NCBI GenBank assembly: GCA_965199855.1
Contig: OZ241326.1
Coordinates: forward strand, 2,848,001-2,912,000
DNA: 64,000 nt
Direction: 5' to 3'
From: a bacterium
GTDB lineage: Bacteria > UBA8248
A program made the translations under genes and the position numbers. Below, piece after piece: positions 1 through 9,526 of the stretch (its first letter is position 1; every line of letters starts with the position of its first letter). The notes below the pieces were generated by a model. The model ran no database searches. It was given only the letters and a program-made list of their open reading frames with translations, and was not told the origin of the DNA.

Positions 1-1110
1 AAGGCGGACGCGCTCAGCAGCGCCTTCTCGAAGCGGGACTCGAGCGAGACGAGACTGAGCCTGGACGGACAGGTCAACGTCCGGCTCTCCGGCGCGCGCC
101 TGGGGTTCAGGAGCCTGCGCCGCTCCGTCTCCACGCTCGGCGTCGAATGGGAAGAGGAAAAAATCGCGGGGAAAAGCGCCTCCAACTTCGGGAGAAGCGA
201 TTACGACCGCGCGAGGCGGGCCGTCTCCCTCTACGCGCACCAGCAGCTCCGGTTTCGGGCGGGCTTCACCCTCGCGGGCGGGGTTCGGGTGGACGATTTC
301 GACGTCGGCGAGGACGCGGCGACCGGAAAAATATCCGCCTCCTGGCGAATCCCGCGCTCCGGAACCCGCATTCGGGGTGCTCTGGGCGAAGGGGTCAAGC
401 GTCCCGCCTTCAGTGAATTGCTCGATGTGTATGGACCCGGCAACCCGAACCTCAGAAGCGAAAGGCAGAAAAGCCGGGAGGTCGGCTTCGATCAGTTTAT
501 CGGAAGCAGAAGCCTCAAGTTCAGCGCGACTTACTACGAAAACGACATAGAGGACCTGATCGCCTATTCGTTCAGCGGGTTCCCCGGCGGCGCGAACTAC
601 GAGAACGTCAGGAAAGCGCGGATCAAGGGAGCGGAATTCTCCCTCGCCCTCGTGAATTTTCACGACTTTTCGGCGTATGCGAGCCTCAACGCGATGAACG
701 CGATCACGGTGGACGAAGGAGGCGTTGACGGCGCTCCGAATTTCGTAAAGGGAAAAGCGCTCCTGAGGCGGCCCGACTGGTGGTGGAGCGGCTCGATCAC
801 CTACCACCCGCACCGATGGAAGGCCGCGCTGCGGGTGAACTCGGTGAGCGATCGGCGCGACATCGACGACTCCGCGCCCTGGCCCTATCCCCGGACGCGC
901 AACCCGGGATTCACGAGGGTGGACGCGGCGCTCTCTCTCGACCTCGTGAAGGATCGGATTTCCTTGCTCGACGGGACGAGAAGCGCGAGGATCCGGGACT
1001 TCACGCTCGAACTGAAGGTGAACAACCTCCTCGATGAGGACTACGAGGAGGTTCTCAACTTCAGCGCGCCCGGCGCGCAGTGGTTCGCGGGCTTCCGGCT
1101 GGCTTTCTGA
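1..1110 (+). CDS. TonB-dependent outer-membrane receptor (BtuB/heme-receptor-like), 5' truncated by window edge
   Basis: Frame is open from base 1. C-terminal TBDR signatures: 'GNPNLRSERQKSREVG', 'ATYYENDIEDLI', 'LLRRP', 'KVNNLLDEDYEEV', terminal Phe. Followed by an ABC uptake operon. Confidence 0.9.
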   Translation, partial: KADALSSAFSKRDSSETRLSLDGQVNVRLSGARLGFRSLRRSVSTLGVEWEEEKIAGKSASNFGRSDYDRARRAVSLYAHQQLRFRAGFTLAGGVRVDDFDVGEDAATGKISASWRIPRSGTRIRGALGEGVKRPAFSELLDVYGPGNPNLRSERQKSREVGFDQFIGSRSLKFSATYYENDIEDLIAYSFSGFPGGANYENVRKARIKGAEFSLALVNFHDFSAYASLNAMNAITVDEGGVDGAPNFVKGKALLRRPDWWWSGSITYHPHRWKAALRVNSVSDRRDIDDSAPWPYPRTRNPGFTRVDAALSLDLVKDRISLLDGTRSARIRDFTLELKVNNLLDEDYEEVLNFSAPGAQWFAGFRLAF

Positions 1111-1125
1111 AGAGGCGGGGCGAGC

Positions 1126-1980
1126 ATGGGCGGAAAACGGAAAGTCCCGCATCCGGCGGCGGCGCTTCTGTTCCTCCTCTGCCTTCACGCGCCCGGCGAG
1201 CCCGCGCTCGCCGCCCGAAAGCCCGCGCGCCTCATCGCCATGACGCTCGCCTCCGCCGAGACGCTCGTGGATCTGGCGCCCAGGAGAAGAATCGTGGGTC
1301 TCCACAAACTGGCGGGAGACCCCGCCTATTCCAACGTGGCGGACAGGGTTCGGGGCGTCCCCCTGCTCGGAAGCGCGCCCGAGAGCGTCATCGCCCTGCG
1401 GCCGGACGTGGTGTTCGTCGCCTCCTACACGAGCGCCTCGTTCCTGAACCACCTGCGCGCCGCGAAGGTTCCGGTCTTCCGGTTTTCCGCTTTCGGGAGC
1501 GTGGAGGACATCTTTGCGAACGTCGAGAAGATGGGGCGGGTGATCGGAGAGGAGGCGAAGGCGCGAAGCCTCATCGCGCGCGCCCGCGAGCGCCTCCGCG
1601 CCATTCGCTCCCGCGTCCCGCGGAACGCGAAGCCCCCCCGCGTTCTCGCCCTGCTGGGAGGAGGCTGGACGCCGGGCGGCCGCACCTCGCAGGACGCGAT
1701 GATCCGCCTCGCGGGAGGCGAAAACGCGGCGGCCAAGGGCGGCGTCCGGGGAACCCGCCGGGTGTCGGCGGAGCAGGCGCTCGCCTGGAATCCCGACGTC
1801 CTCGTCGTGGGCGCGGACCCGAAGTCGGGCGCGAGCCTCAAGACCATGCTCCGCGAGAGCGCGATATACGCCCCCCTGCGGAACAGGAGGATCATCGAGA
1901 TTCCCTATCCCCGCTTCTCGAGCGCGTCCCACTACATCGTTCGCGGAATCGAGGATTTGGCGAAGGCGCTCCATCCATGA
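1126..1980 (+). CDS. ABC transporter periplasmic binding protein, BtuF/HmuT (Fe-siderophore/B12/heme) family
   Basis: Signal peptide; 'ESVIALRPDVV' and 'SAEQALAWNPDVLV' Peripla_BP_2-type motifs; operon context. Confidence 0.85.
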   Translation: MGGKRKVPHPAAALLFLLCLHAPGEPALAARKPARLIAMTLASAETLVDLAPRRRIVGLHKLAGDPAYSNVADRVRGVPLLGSAPESVIALRPDVVFVASYTSASFLNHLRAAKVPVFRFSAFGSVEDIFANVEKMGRVIGEEAKARSLIARARERLRAIRSRVPRNAKPPRVLALLGGGWTPGGRTSQDAMIRLAGGENAAAKGGVRGTRRVSAEQALAWNPDVLVVGADPKSGASLKTMLRESAIYAPLRNRRIIEIPYPRFSSASHYIVRGIEDLAKALHP

Positions 1981-3011
1981 AAAAGCGCGCCGTCCTCGCG
2001 GGGACAGCCGCCGCCGCCCTGCTGATCGCCGCGCTCGGCGTCCGGCTCGGGGCGGCGGACATCGGCTGGAGCAGGATTCTCGAAATCATCCTGGCGGAGA
2101 CGGGCCTCCTCTCCCCCGAGGGGATCGCCGCTCCCGCCCACGAGCGGGTCATCATCTGGCGCATCCGCGTCCCCCGGACGCTGACGGGCGCCCTCGTCGG
2201 GGCGTCGCTCGCCCTCTCGGGCGCCATGCTCCAGGGGCTTTTCAGAAACCCGATGGCCGGCCCCGGCGTCATCGGCGTGAGCGCGGGAGGCGCCCTGGGC
2301 GCGACCACGGCCATCGCCCTCGGCCTGGGGGCCGTCTCGATCTGGGCGATTCCCCTCCTGGCGTTCGCCGGCGCGCTCCTGGCCGTCCTCTGCGCCTCCG
2401 CGGCGGCGACCCACAAGGGCCATGCCCCTCTCGGCGCGCTCATTCTCTGCGGGATGGCGGTGAACGCCGTCGCCGGCGCGCTGACGACGCTCGTGCTGAG
2501 CTGGAGCGTGAGCGACTTCGAGATCGGCCGGCAGATTCTGTTCTGGCTCATGGGCGGCTTGACGAACCGCACCTGGGAGCACGCGCTCCTGGTCGCGCCC
2601 TTTTTCGCCGCCTCCGCGCTCGCCGCCATGCTCTTCTCGCGCGATCTCAACCTGATGATGTCGGGCGAGGAGTCGGCCATGGCCCTGGGCGTGGACGCGG
2701 CGCGGACGAAGGCGTGGATTCTCGTCATCGCGGCGGCGGCGGCGGGAGCCTCCGTCGCCGTCTCGGGCGTCATCGGCTTCGTGGGGCTGCTCGTTCCGCA
2801 CGTCGCGCGGATATGGACGGGGCCGGATCATCGCCGCCTCCTGCCCGCGAGCATGATCGCCGGCGCCCTGTTCGTGATGGGGATGGACCTCGCGGCGCGC
2901 GCCCTCTCGCCCATCGAGGAGATCCGCCTGGGGGTTCTCTCATCGAGTGTCGGCGGGCCGTTCTTCCTCTGGCTGATCATCCGGAACCGCCGCCGCGCGG
3001 AGGTCTTCTGA
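1977..3011 (+). CDS. FecCD/BtuC-family ABC permease
   Basis: ATG at 1977 overlaps the upstream stop (ATGA). 'IRVPRTL', 'QGLFRNPMAGPGVIGVSAG', 'GEESAMALG', 'GVIGFVGLLVPH'. Confidence 0.92.
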   Translation: MKKRAVLAGTAAAALLIAALGVRLGAADIGWSRILEIILAETGLLSPEGIAAPAHERVIIWRIRVPRTLTGALVGASLALSGAMLQGLFRNPMAGPGVIGVSAGGALGATTAIALGLGAVSIWAIPLLAFAGALLAVLCASAAATHKGHAPLGALILCGMAVNAVAGALTTLVLSWSVSDFEIGRQILFWLMGGLTNRTWEHALLVAPFFAASALAAMLFSRDLNLMMSGEESAMALGVDAARTKAWILVIAAAAAGASVAVSGVIGFVGLLVPHVARIWTGPDHRRLLPASMIAGALFVMGMDLAARALSPIEEIRLGVLSSSVGGPFFLWLIIRNRRRAEVF

Positions 3012-3808
3012 TGCGGCTCGCCGCGGAGGGGGCGCGCGTGGAACTGGGCGGGCGCGCCGCGCTGAAGGGCGCCTCGGTCGATTTTCGCCCGGGCGCGCTC
3101 ACGGGCGTCATCGGCCCGAACGGCGCGGGGAAGACGACGCTCCTGCGCGCCCTGGCGGGCCTCCTGCCGCCGGCGGCGGGAAGCGTCCTGCTGGACGGCA
3201 GGCCCATCGGCTCCTTCGACAGGAGGGAGGCGGCGCGCCGGGTCGGCTATCTCGCCCAAAGCCAGGGGCCGACCTTCCCCTTTCGCGTGGACGAGGCGGT
3301 GCTGATGGGCCGCTATCCCCACCTGGGGAGGCTCGCGCCCGAGACCGCGGCGGATCGAGAGGCGGTGGAGGAGGCGCTCCGCCACGCGGACGCGGGCGCG
3401 CTCAGAAGCCGCCTCGTCAGCGAACTCTCGGGGGGGGAGCGCCAGCGCGTCCTGATCGCCAGAACCCTCGCGGCGCGAACGCCCATCCTCCTGCTGGATG
3501 AGCCCGTCGCGAACCTCGACGTCCGGCACTGCCTCGACATCCTCCGCATCCTGCGCGCGCAGGCGCGGGAGGGGCGCACCGTGGTGGTCTCGGCGCACGA
3601 CCTGAACCTCGCGCACCGCTTCTGCGACGATCTGCTCCTCCTCCACGAGGGGGAAATCCTCGCCCACGGGGAGGCGCGGAGCGTCCTGCGGCCGGAGCGC
3701 ATCGAACGGGCCTTTCAGGTGCGCGCGCGGGTTCTCGAAGCGGACGGGGAGCGGCATTTCGTCATGCGCGCGCCGGAGGATCGCCCGGCGGGGGAGGGAA
3801 CGGCGTGA
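3011..3808 (+). CDS. ABC transporter ATP-binding protein (FepC/BtuD/HmuV family)
   Basis: TGATG overlap at 3009-3013. Walker A GPNGAGKT, LSGGERQR signature, LLLDEP, HDLNLA. Confidence 0.93.
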   Translation: MRLAAEGARVELGGRAALKGASVDFRPGALTGVIGPNGAGKTTLLRALAGLLPPAAGSVLLDGRPIGSFDRREAARRVGYLAQSQGPTFPFRVDEAVLMGRYPHLGRLAPETAADREAVEEALRHADAGALRSRLVSELSGGERQRVLIARTLAARTPILLLDEPVANLDVRHCLDILRILRAQAREGRTVVVSAHDLNLAHRFCDDLLLLHEGEILAHGEARSVLRPERIERAFQVRARVLEADGERHFVMRAPEDRPAGEGTA

Positions 3809-4251
3809 AAATCCTCTCCTGCCTCCTGCTCCTCGCCCTCGCCGCGCCCGCGCGGCCCGACGCCCAGGAGATCGAAGCCTCCATCGCCGCCCCGCCCGCG
3901 AAGGCGGCGCCCGGCCGCTCCCCCCCCCCCGGCGCGCCCCGCCTCACCTTCCGAAAAAGGCGGGTCGGCGCAGAGTCCGATCCGCGCCTTCGGGCGATAC
4001 TCGACCGCATCGGACGGGGCGGGCGCTACCCGCGCCTCGCGCGGCGCGCGGGCGCCGAGGGCGCGGCCACCGTGCGCTTCCGCATCCTGCCGAACGGGGA
4101 GCCGGGCGGCCTCGCCATCAAGCGGACCTCGGGCAACGCCCTGCTGGACGCCGCCGCCCTCGAAGCGGTGCGGCGCGCCGCCCCCCTGCCCTATCTCGAC
4201 AGGACGCTCGTGCTCACCATCCGCTACCGGCTCAGACGAGCGGCGCCCTGA
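3805..4251 (+). CDS. Short TonB-family energy transducer (TonB C-terminal domain)
   Basis: N-terminal hydrophobic segment, Pro-rich linker, 'YPRLARRAGAEGAATVRFRILPNG...SGNALLDAAALEAVRRAAPLP'. Confidence 0.8.
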   Translation: MKILSCLLLLALAAPARPDAQEIEASIAAPPAKAAPGRSPPPGAPRLTFRKRRVGAESDPRLRAILDRIGRGGRYPRLARRAGAEGAATVRFRILPNGEPGGLAIKRTSGNALLDAAALEAVRRAAPLPYLDRTLVLTIRYRLRRAAP

Positions 4252-4365
4252 GCCTCCCCCGGCCCGCTCGGGGCGCGAGGGTCGAGAGGGTCGAGAAGAC
4301 GCCCGCCGTGGGCTATAATTCCCGATGATCCGTTCAGAGGAATTTCCCGGGAGGCGAGGCGCTCC

Positions 4366-4938
4366 GTGAAGCCCATCGCGCGATACCGAGAGGAAACCCA
4401 CCCGGACGGGAGCCTCCTCGCCGTCTGGGAGTTCGAGCCTAGACGAGAGCTCCTGGAGGCGCTCCTGCGAGACTTGTTCGAGAACCACTGGGAATCCATC
4501 GTTTTCGGCCCCTGCGTCCAGGGCGCCGTGTTCGAGTGCCGCTCCGAGTCCCCGCCCCGCCGGATCGCCTACCGGGACGGCTATCTCACCGTCGATTTCG
4601 GCGACTGGCACTTTCACCTCTGCATCGGCGAGCATCGGGGGGAGCCGGGGCATCCCTGCCCGCCCGCGCTGGCGCGGCGGCGCAGGTGCGCGCGCGGCAG
4701 GCTCCAGCGCGCCCTCATGAATCCCCCCGTTCCGGGCCACGCCCCCCTCGCCTATTCGCTCGTCCTGCTGAACGGGGACGGCGAGCAGATGACGACCATC
4801 CACCTGCCCAACCCCTTCTACGATGAGGCGTTCCGGGTTCTCGACGCCCCCGACTGGGGGAAGCTCACCCTCTGGAACCATATCCGGACGCGTCACCTGG
4901 GGCTGGAGGCGGACCCGGGGCCCTGCGCGGGAGTGTGA
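4366..4938 (+). CDS. Conserved hypothetical cytoplasmic protein, possibly HemS/ChuX-like tetrapyrrole-utilisation fold
   Basis: 190-aa ORF after the uptake operon with a His/Cys-rich motif 'DFGDWHFHLCIGEH' and 'FGPCVQGAVFE'. TATAAT near 4314 upstream. Fold assignment is inference. Confidence 0.6.
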   Translation: MKPIARYREETHPDGSLLAVWEFEPRRELLEALLRDLFENHWESIVFGPCVQGAVFECRSESPPRRIAYRDGYLTVDFGDWHFHLCIGEHRGEPGHPCPPALARRRRCARGRLQRALMNPPVPGHAPLAYSLVLLNGDGEQMTTIHLPNPFYDEAFRVLDAPDWGKLTLWNHIRTRHLGLEADPGPCAGV

Positions 4939-4982
4939 GCGAGAGAAGAGCGGGGCGAAGGCGAGCCTGACGCGGGGATGCG

Positions 4983-5168
4983 CTACCCTGTTTTCTGCGC
5001 GGCGATGAAGCCTTCTACAATCCCCGCAAGTCTGCCCATGCGTTCGCTCAGCTGAATTTCGAGCCGCGTCATCCGCTCGCGGAGATCGGCTATATCCCGA
5101 TGAAGGCGGGCATGTGAAGCGACAACCGTCAAAACCACGACGATGAAGCCTGGCCATGTATTATCCAT
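4983..5168 (-). CDS. Small membrane-anchored coiled-coil protein (hypothetical)
   Basis: MDNTWPGFIVVVLTVV hydrophobic start followed by amphipathic 'RDIADLRERMTRLEIQLSERMGRL'; lies in a lower-GC patch. Confidence 0.45.
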   Translation of the reverse strand: MDNTWPGFIVVVLTVVASHARLHRDIADLRERMTRLEIQLSERMGRLAGIVEGFIAAQKTG

Positions 5169-5297
5169 TTTTCTATCTCTCCAGGCATTTCCATCATGGA
5201 TCGCTTGAGGGATTGTCCCTCCCCCTTCTCCATTCTGCAATAACCCTGGCAATCATCACCCTACGAATCAACCCGGATTTTCGGGCGGCGCGGCCCC

Positions 5298-8200
5298 TCA
5301 GCCCGGCTCCCCGACGCCCGGATCCGGCAGGTCCTGGACGATTTTCACGGTCTCGAGGCTTACGGCGATGACCTTCCCGACGAGCCGGACGATACGCTTC
5401 GGGTCGTCCTTCCGGTTCGGGTCGCTGACGATGCCGCTTCGCCTGTCCGTCCTCACCCGGTATTGGTCGATCACCCATTCGAGCGCGGAGCGGTTGCCGA
5501 GCCGATACTGAAACGCCTCCGGCGGAACTCCCTCGAGGGCGAGAAAATCGTTGTAGCGGATGCTCGTCCCGTCCTTCGAGAGCCGCATCCTCTCCACGCG
5601 CCAGTCGAGCGGCGCGCCCGGCTTTTCGACGAAGGCGAGGGGATGCTCCGCCATATCCTCGTAGCCCGTGTGAATTTCCGCCAGCCGGCGCCCCGCCTCC
5701 GAGAACGCGCGGAAGTCCAGGGCGAAGGGGAGGCGCGGCAGGTCGCGCCTGAGGTTCGCCCGATAGCGCTCCCGCCAGGCCGGGTGATGCAGAAGCCCAT
5801 AGACGTAGTGGAAGACGTCGCGCTTCGTGATGGCGTCGTCCGCATAGCGCGCGCGGAAGCGCGCCAGCGCCCAGTCGGTAACGTTCTCCCGGCGTCCCGT
5901 TCCGTCCTCGGCGTAGGCGTAGAAAGGGAAGCACTGCGTATTTTCGATGAGGTGAAGACACGGAATCGCCTTTGTCATCAAGGCATGAAAGGGCTTGTTG
6001 CTTCCAGGCCCACTGACGCAAATCACGCGATTTTCCGCTTCGGTTTCTGGCGTGGGGAAGATGGAGGGAAACACATAAACCCTCTGGTTCATCACCCTGT
6101 CGAAGTAGAGATTCGTTTTCGTAAAGGGGCGATAGTGGAATTCCCTTACCTTGCATTCTGAAAAATCAACAGTTTTCCCATTTCTCAGTTCCTTCTTCAG
6201 GACATCCGTCCATTTGATTTTCCTGTCATCGGACGCCACGAAATGATCTACGTTCGCGTCCCTGTCCTCGCGCCGCTCCCATTTGAGCGTTTGCTCGTTG
6301 TAGAAGGCGATCATCCGGCTCATGTTCCCGGCGAGCGCGCCCCGGTCGAAGTTGCAGGCCCATGCGTCTCGATTCGTCGTCACTCCCAGGCTGTAGGTCT
6401 TGAAAATCGCTTCCGCCGCCTCGCCCTTCGCCGCCTTCGCTTCCTTCGTTCCCAACGGAGTGAAAGCCGCGAATTCCGGGCGCAGCCCCTCCGTGAACCA
6501 GGTATGCCGCTCGTCCGGCGTTAGCGGCCGCCACGCCACGTTGCCTGAATGCCGGCGTTCGTTCAGAAAATCGAATTTCTGTTTTTTGGTCCACAGGTCA
6601 TCGGTTCGATGGTAGAAGATGCGGGCCTTCTCTGATGGCTTCCCTTTTCTCTTTACGAAAAAACTGACGCTCACGCCGACCCGGATGCCGAACACGTTGG
6701 AGTCCGACACCTTCAGCTCCTTGCGCGCGTTTCCGCCCAAATCGAGGACATAGATCGCGTTGAAATCACCGGCCAAATGCTTCCGCATCCCGTCGAACGC
6801 CAGGCCGTCCAGAAATCCGTTGTTGGTGACGAAGGCGACCACGCCCTCCTCGCCGATTCTGTCCGACGCCCAGCGAATCGCCTTGACGTAAGGGTCGTAG
6901 AGTTTGTTCTTGAGCGTGGCTTGCGAGTCCCTGGCGTAGGTTTCCTTGACGCGCGCGTCCATCGTCTCGTATCTGCGGTTCCTGTTGTTGTCGTTCTCGT
7001 TCACCTGTCCCATGTTGTAGGGCGGGTTTCCGATGACGACGAACATGGGCGCCGCCTTCTGCCGCTCGACCCGCGCCGCGTTCTCCTCGGCGAAGAGCGG
7101 CCGCTGGCGCTCCTCGGCCAGCTCGAAAGTGTCCACCAGGCAAAGCCCCCCGAAAGGCCGGTAGCTTCCCGTCGCCTCGTAGAACTCGCGCTCGATGTTC
7201 ATGCTGGCGATGTAGTAGGGCAGGAGCATCACCTCGTTGCAGTGGAGCTCATTCGCGTATTTCTCCTCCAGCGCGGTCTTCCTGATCTCGCGCATGACGC
7301 GCACCATGAAGTTGCCCGTCCCCACGAAGGGGTCGATGACGTGGACGCCCGGGGCTGAGAGCGAGCGGCCGAACTCCGTCCGCAGCAGCTCCTCCACGCT
7401 CCGCGCCATGAAATCGACAATCGGCTGCGGCGTATAGACGACGCCGTGCGTGTCGGCGACCTCGACCGAGAAGCCCTGGAAGAACTGCTCGTAGACCGTG
7501 TTGAGGAAGTGCTGCTTCTGCGAGAAGTCGCCTATCGCCGCCGCCGTCCGCTCGATGGCCCCGTAGAAGCGATCGAGGCTTTTCAGGAAGTCCGCGCGGC
7601 TGAACGACTTCGAGGTGAGGGCGTCGATGACCTTCTCGATCTCGCCGGCGATGACGTTGCGGTGGGCGAAGTCGGGATTGCCGAATACGGTGCGGAAAAT
7701 CCGCTCGGTCAGCAGGTGCTGGACGAGCATCTCCTCGACCGCCGCTTCCGCGAGGTCGGGGTTTATCGCCAGCCGGCATTTTTCGAGAAAGCCGGCGAAG
7801 GCGGCGGCGAACCCGCGGCTGCCCTCCCGCTCCCTGCGGATGAGCCTCGCCAGGCCGCGCCCGATGTCGGGCACCCTGTCCCTGAAGCGCGCGACCGCCT
7901 CCTCCCATTCGGCGATCTCCTGCGGACGCCAGGAGAAGAACGCCTCGAGCGCCTCGATCAGCCGCTTCGGGTCGCCCAGATCGCTGTCGAGGACGGGCCG
8001 GCCGTTCTGCCAGAGGATGGCGCGGCGGGGCGTCTGAAAGAGAATGTTGTCGCGCGGGTAGCCCGCCTCGAACTTGCGCCGGACCTCCCCGGCCAGGTCG
8101 TCGTGAACGTCCTTCGCCTCCCACCAGCCGTGGGCGAGGCCGAAGGCGTCGATGAGCGCGCCGTCCACGACGACGCGCCCCCCGCTTCGGAGGGAGACGG

Positions 8201-8372
8201 GGTGCTCCGGCGCGAGCGTCCACTTGCGCTTTCCCGCGCAGAACTCCAGCAGCGCCTGAAAGGCCGAGCGCACCGCCGTCTCGCGCGTGACGCCGAGCCG
8301 CTCGAAGTCGGCGAGCGATTCGTAATATGTCCTAACGGCCTTGTGCGAGGGCCTGAGGCCGAGGGTCGCCAT
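5298..8372 (-). CDS. Single-chain restriction-modification enzyme (Type IIG / helicase-less Type ISP-like): nuclease + N6-adenine MTase + C-terminal specificity domain
   Basis: Start MATLGLRPSHK at 8372. PD-(D/E)xK-like 'VDGALID...WWEAKD'; 'GVVYTPQPIVDF'; motif I 'DPFVGTGNF'; motif IV 'GNPPY'; LlaBIII-type C-terminus 'YRPF', 'YRLGNRSALEWVIDQY', 'SGIVSDPN'. Confidence 0.88.
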   Translation of the reverse strand: MATLGLRPSHKAVRTYYESLADFERLGVTRETAVRSAFQALLEFCAGKRKWTLAPEHPVSLRSGGRVVVDGALIDAFGLAHGWWEAKDVHDDLAGEVRRKFEAGYPRDNILFQTPRRAILWQNGRPVLDSDLGDPKRLIEALEAFFSWRPQEIAEWEEAVARFRDRVPDIGRGLARLIRREREGSRGFAAAFAGFLEKCRLAINPDLAEAAVEEMLVQHLLTERIFRTVFGNPDFAHRNVIAGEIEKVIDALTSKSFSRADFLKSLDRFYGAIERTAAAIGDFSQKQHFLNTVYEQFFQGFSVEVADTHGVVYTPQPIVDFMARSVEELLRTEFGRSLSAPGVHVIDPFVGTGNFMVRVMREIRKTALEEKYANELHCNEVMLLPYYIASMNIEREFYEATGSYRPFGGLCLVDTFELAEERQRPLFAEENAARVERQKAAPMFVVIGNPPYNMGQVNENDNNRNRRYETMDARVKETYARDSQATLKNKLYDPYVKAIRWASDRIGEEGVVAFVTNNGFLDGLAFDGMRKHLAGDFNAIYVLDLGGNARKELKVSDSNVFGIRVGVSVSFFVKRKGKPSEKARIFYHRTDDLWTKKQKFDFLNERRHSGNVAWRPLTPDERHTWFTEGLRPEFAAFTPLGTKEAKAAKGEAAEAIFKTYSLGVTTNRDAWACNFDRGALAGNMSRMIAFYNEQTLKWERREDRDANVDHFVASDDRKIKWTDVLKKELRNGKTVDFSECKVREFHYRPFTKTNLYFDRVMNQRVYVFPSIFPTPETEAENRVICVSGPGSNKPFHALMTKAIPCLHLIENTQCFPFYAYAEDGTGRRENVTDWALARFRARYADDAITKRDVFHYVYGLLHHPAWRERYRANLRRDLPRLPFALDFRAFSEAGRRLAEIHTGYEDMAEHPLAFVEKPGAPLDWRVERMRLSKDGTSIRYNDFLALEGVPPEAFQYRLGNRSALEWVIDQYRVRTDRRSGIVSDPNRKDDPKRIVRLVGKVIAVSLETVKIVQDLPDPGVGEPG

Positions 8373-8546
8373 GTCTCGCCGGGTCTCTCGTCGGGGGCGG
8401 AGCGCGCCATGCGCCGGCCTGAACGCCTCCATTCTAATACGCCGCCGCCTGAAGTCGAACCCGCGCCCCCCGTTTGCGCGCGCCGCCGCTTCGGGGGAAT
8501 ATGCGGGGCGAGCAGGCGCCCGCGCCGTCCGGGGGAACGACTCGTT

Positions 8547-8936
8547 ATGCGGCGAAAAATCTCCCGCCCCTTCTTCCTGACGCTGGGGCTTCTCTCCCTG
8601 GGGCTGGGCGTCATCGGCGTTTTCCTGCCCGTCCTCCCCACCACGCCCTTCATTCTGCTCGCCGCCTTCGCCTTCTCCCGAAGCTCGAAGCGGCTCCACG
8701 CCTGGCTGATGAACCACAGATACTACGGCCCCCTCATCTCGAACTGGCAAAGGCACGGCGTCATCCGCCCCCGCGTCAAATGGACGGCCGCCCTGCTCAT
8801 TCTCGCGCTGGCGGGCTCCTCCATTCTCCTTCTCGACGCGCCCGCCTGGGCGAAAGCCCTGCTCGCCCTCGTCTGCGGGTGCGTCCTCTGCTTCATTCTC
8901 ACCCGCCCGGGCGCGATTCCGGAGGAGAGCGGCTGA
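8547..8936 (+). CDS. ybaN: YbaN/DUF454 inner-membrane protein
   Basis: 'LGVIGVFLPVLPTTPFILLAAFAFSRSSKRLHAWL...YGPLISNW' is the DUF454 signature. Confidence 0.88.
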   Translation: MRRKISRPFFLTLGLLSLGLGVIGVFLPVLPTTPFILLAAFAFSRSSKRLHAWLMNHRYYGPLISNWQRHGVIRPRVKWTAALLILALAGSSILLLDAPAWAKALLALVCGCVLCFILTRPGAIPEESG

Positions 8937-8996
8937 GGGCGGCCGCCGCGGAGAGAAGGGACGCGAGAAAAAATCAAACCCTCGAAGGAGAAGCCC

Positions 8997-9389
8997 ATGA
9001 GCGAGGAGCGCTACGAGAAGGGACTGGAGATCAGAAAATCCCTGGGAATCTACGGGGAGGACGGCTTCGCCGGCGCGTTCACGGAGCTGCGGGAGGTCGC
9101 CCCGGCCCACGCCCGCGCCATCGTGGAATACTGCTTCGGAACCTGCTGGAGCCAGCCCCTGCTCGACCGGCGGACGCGCGAGATGCTCGTTCTCGCGGCG
9201 ACGGCGGCGCAGGACCTCCCGGCCGAGGTGGAGATTCACGCCGAGGGGCTGCTGAACCAGGGAGCGGCGCCGGAGGAGGTGATAGAGGCCATCGTCTCCC
9301 TGTGCCCCTACATCGGCTTCCCGAAGACGAACCACGCCCTGCGCGCGGCGAAAAGCGCCATCGAGAAAAAGAAGGCGGAGAGCGCCTGA
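8997..9389 (+). CDS. Carboxymuconolactone decarboxylase (CMD/AhpD-like) family protein
   Basis: 'ERYEKGLEIR', 'FGTCWSQPLLDRRTREMLVLAATAA', 'PYIGFP'; GGAG RBS upstream. Confidence 0.85.
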   Translation: MSEERYEKGLEIRKSLGIYGEDGFAGAFTELREVAPAHARAIVEYCFGTCWSQPLLDRRTREMLVLAATAAQDLPAEVEIHAEGLLNQGAAPEEVIEAIVSLCPYIGFPKTNHALRAAKSAIEKKKAESA

Positions 9390-9526
9390 GCCCGCGGGAG
9401 GCGCGCGCGGGTCGGGGGAGTTTCCGCGAAGACGATGATATATTGAACGCCCACGCGAGGCGGCGAACCTTTCAGCGCGCGTCGAATCCGCCGGCGCCTT
9501 CACGAGAATCCATAGGGGAACGCGGG

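Noticed and set aside
8373-9503. N-terminal extension making the R-M ORF 1401 aa
   Set aside because: It overlaps ybaN and the CMD gene on the opposite strand; the R-M-like sequence starts at ATG 8372.
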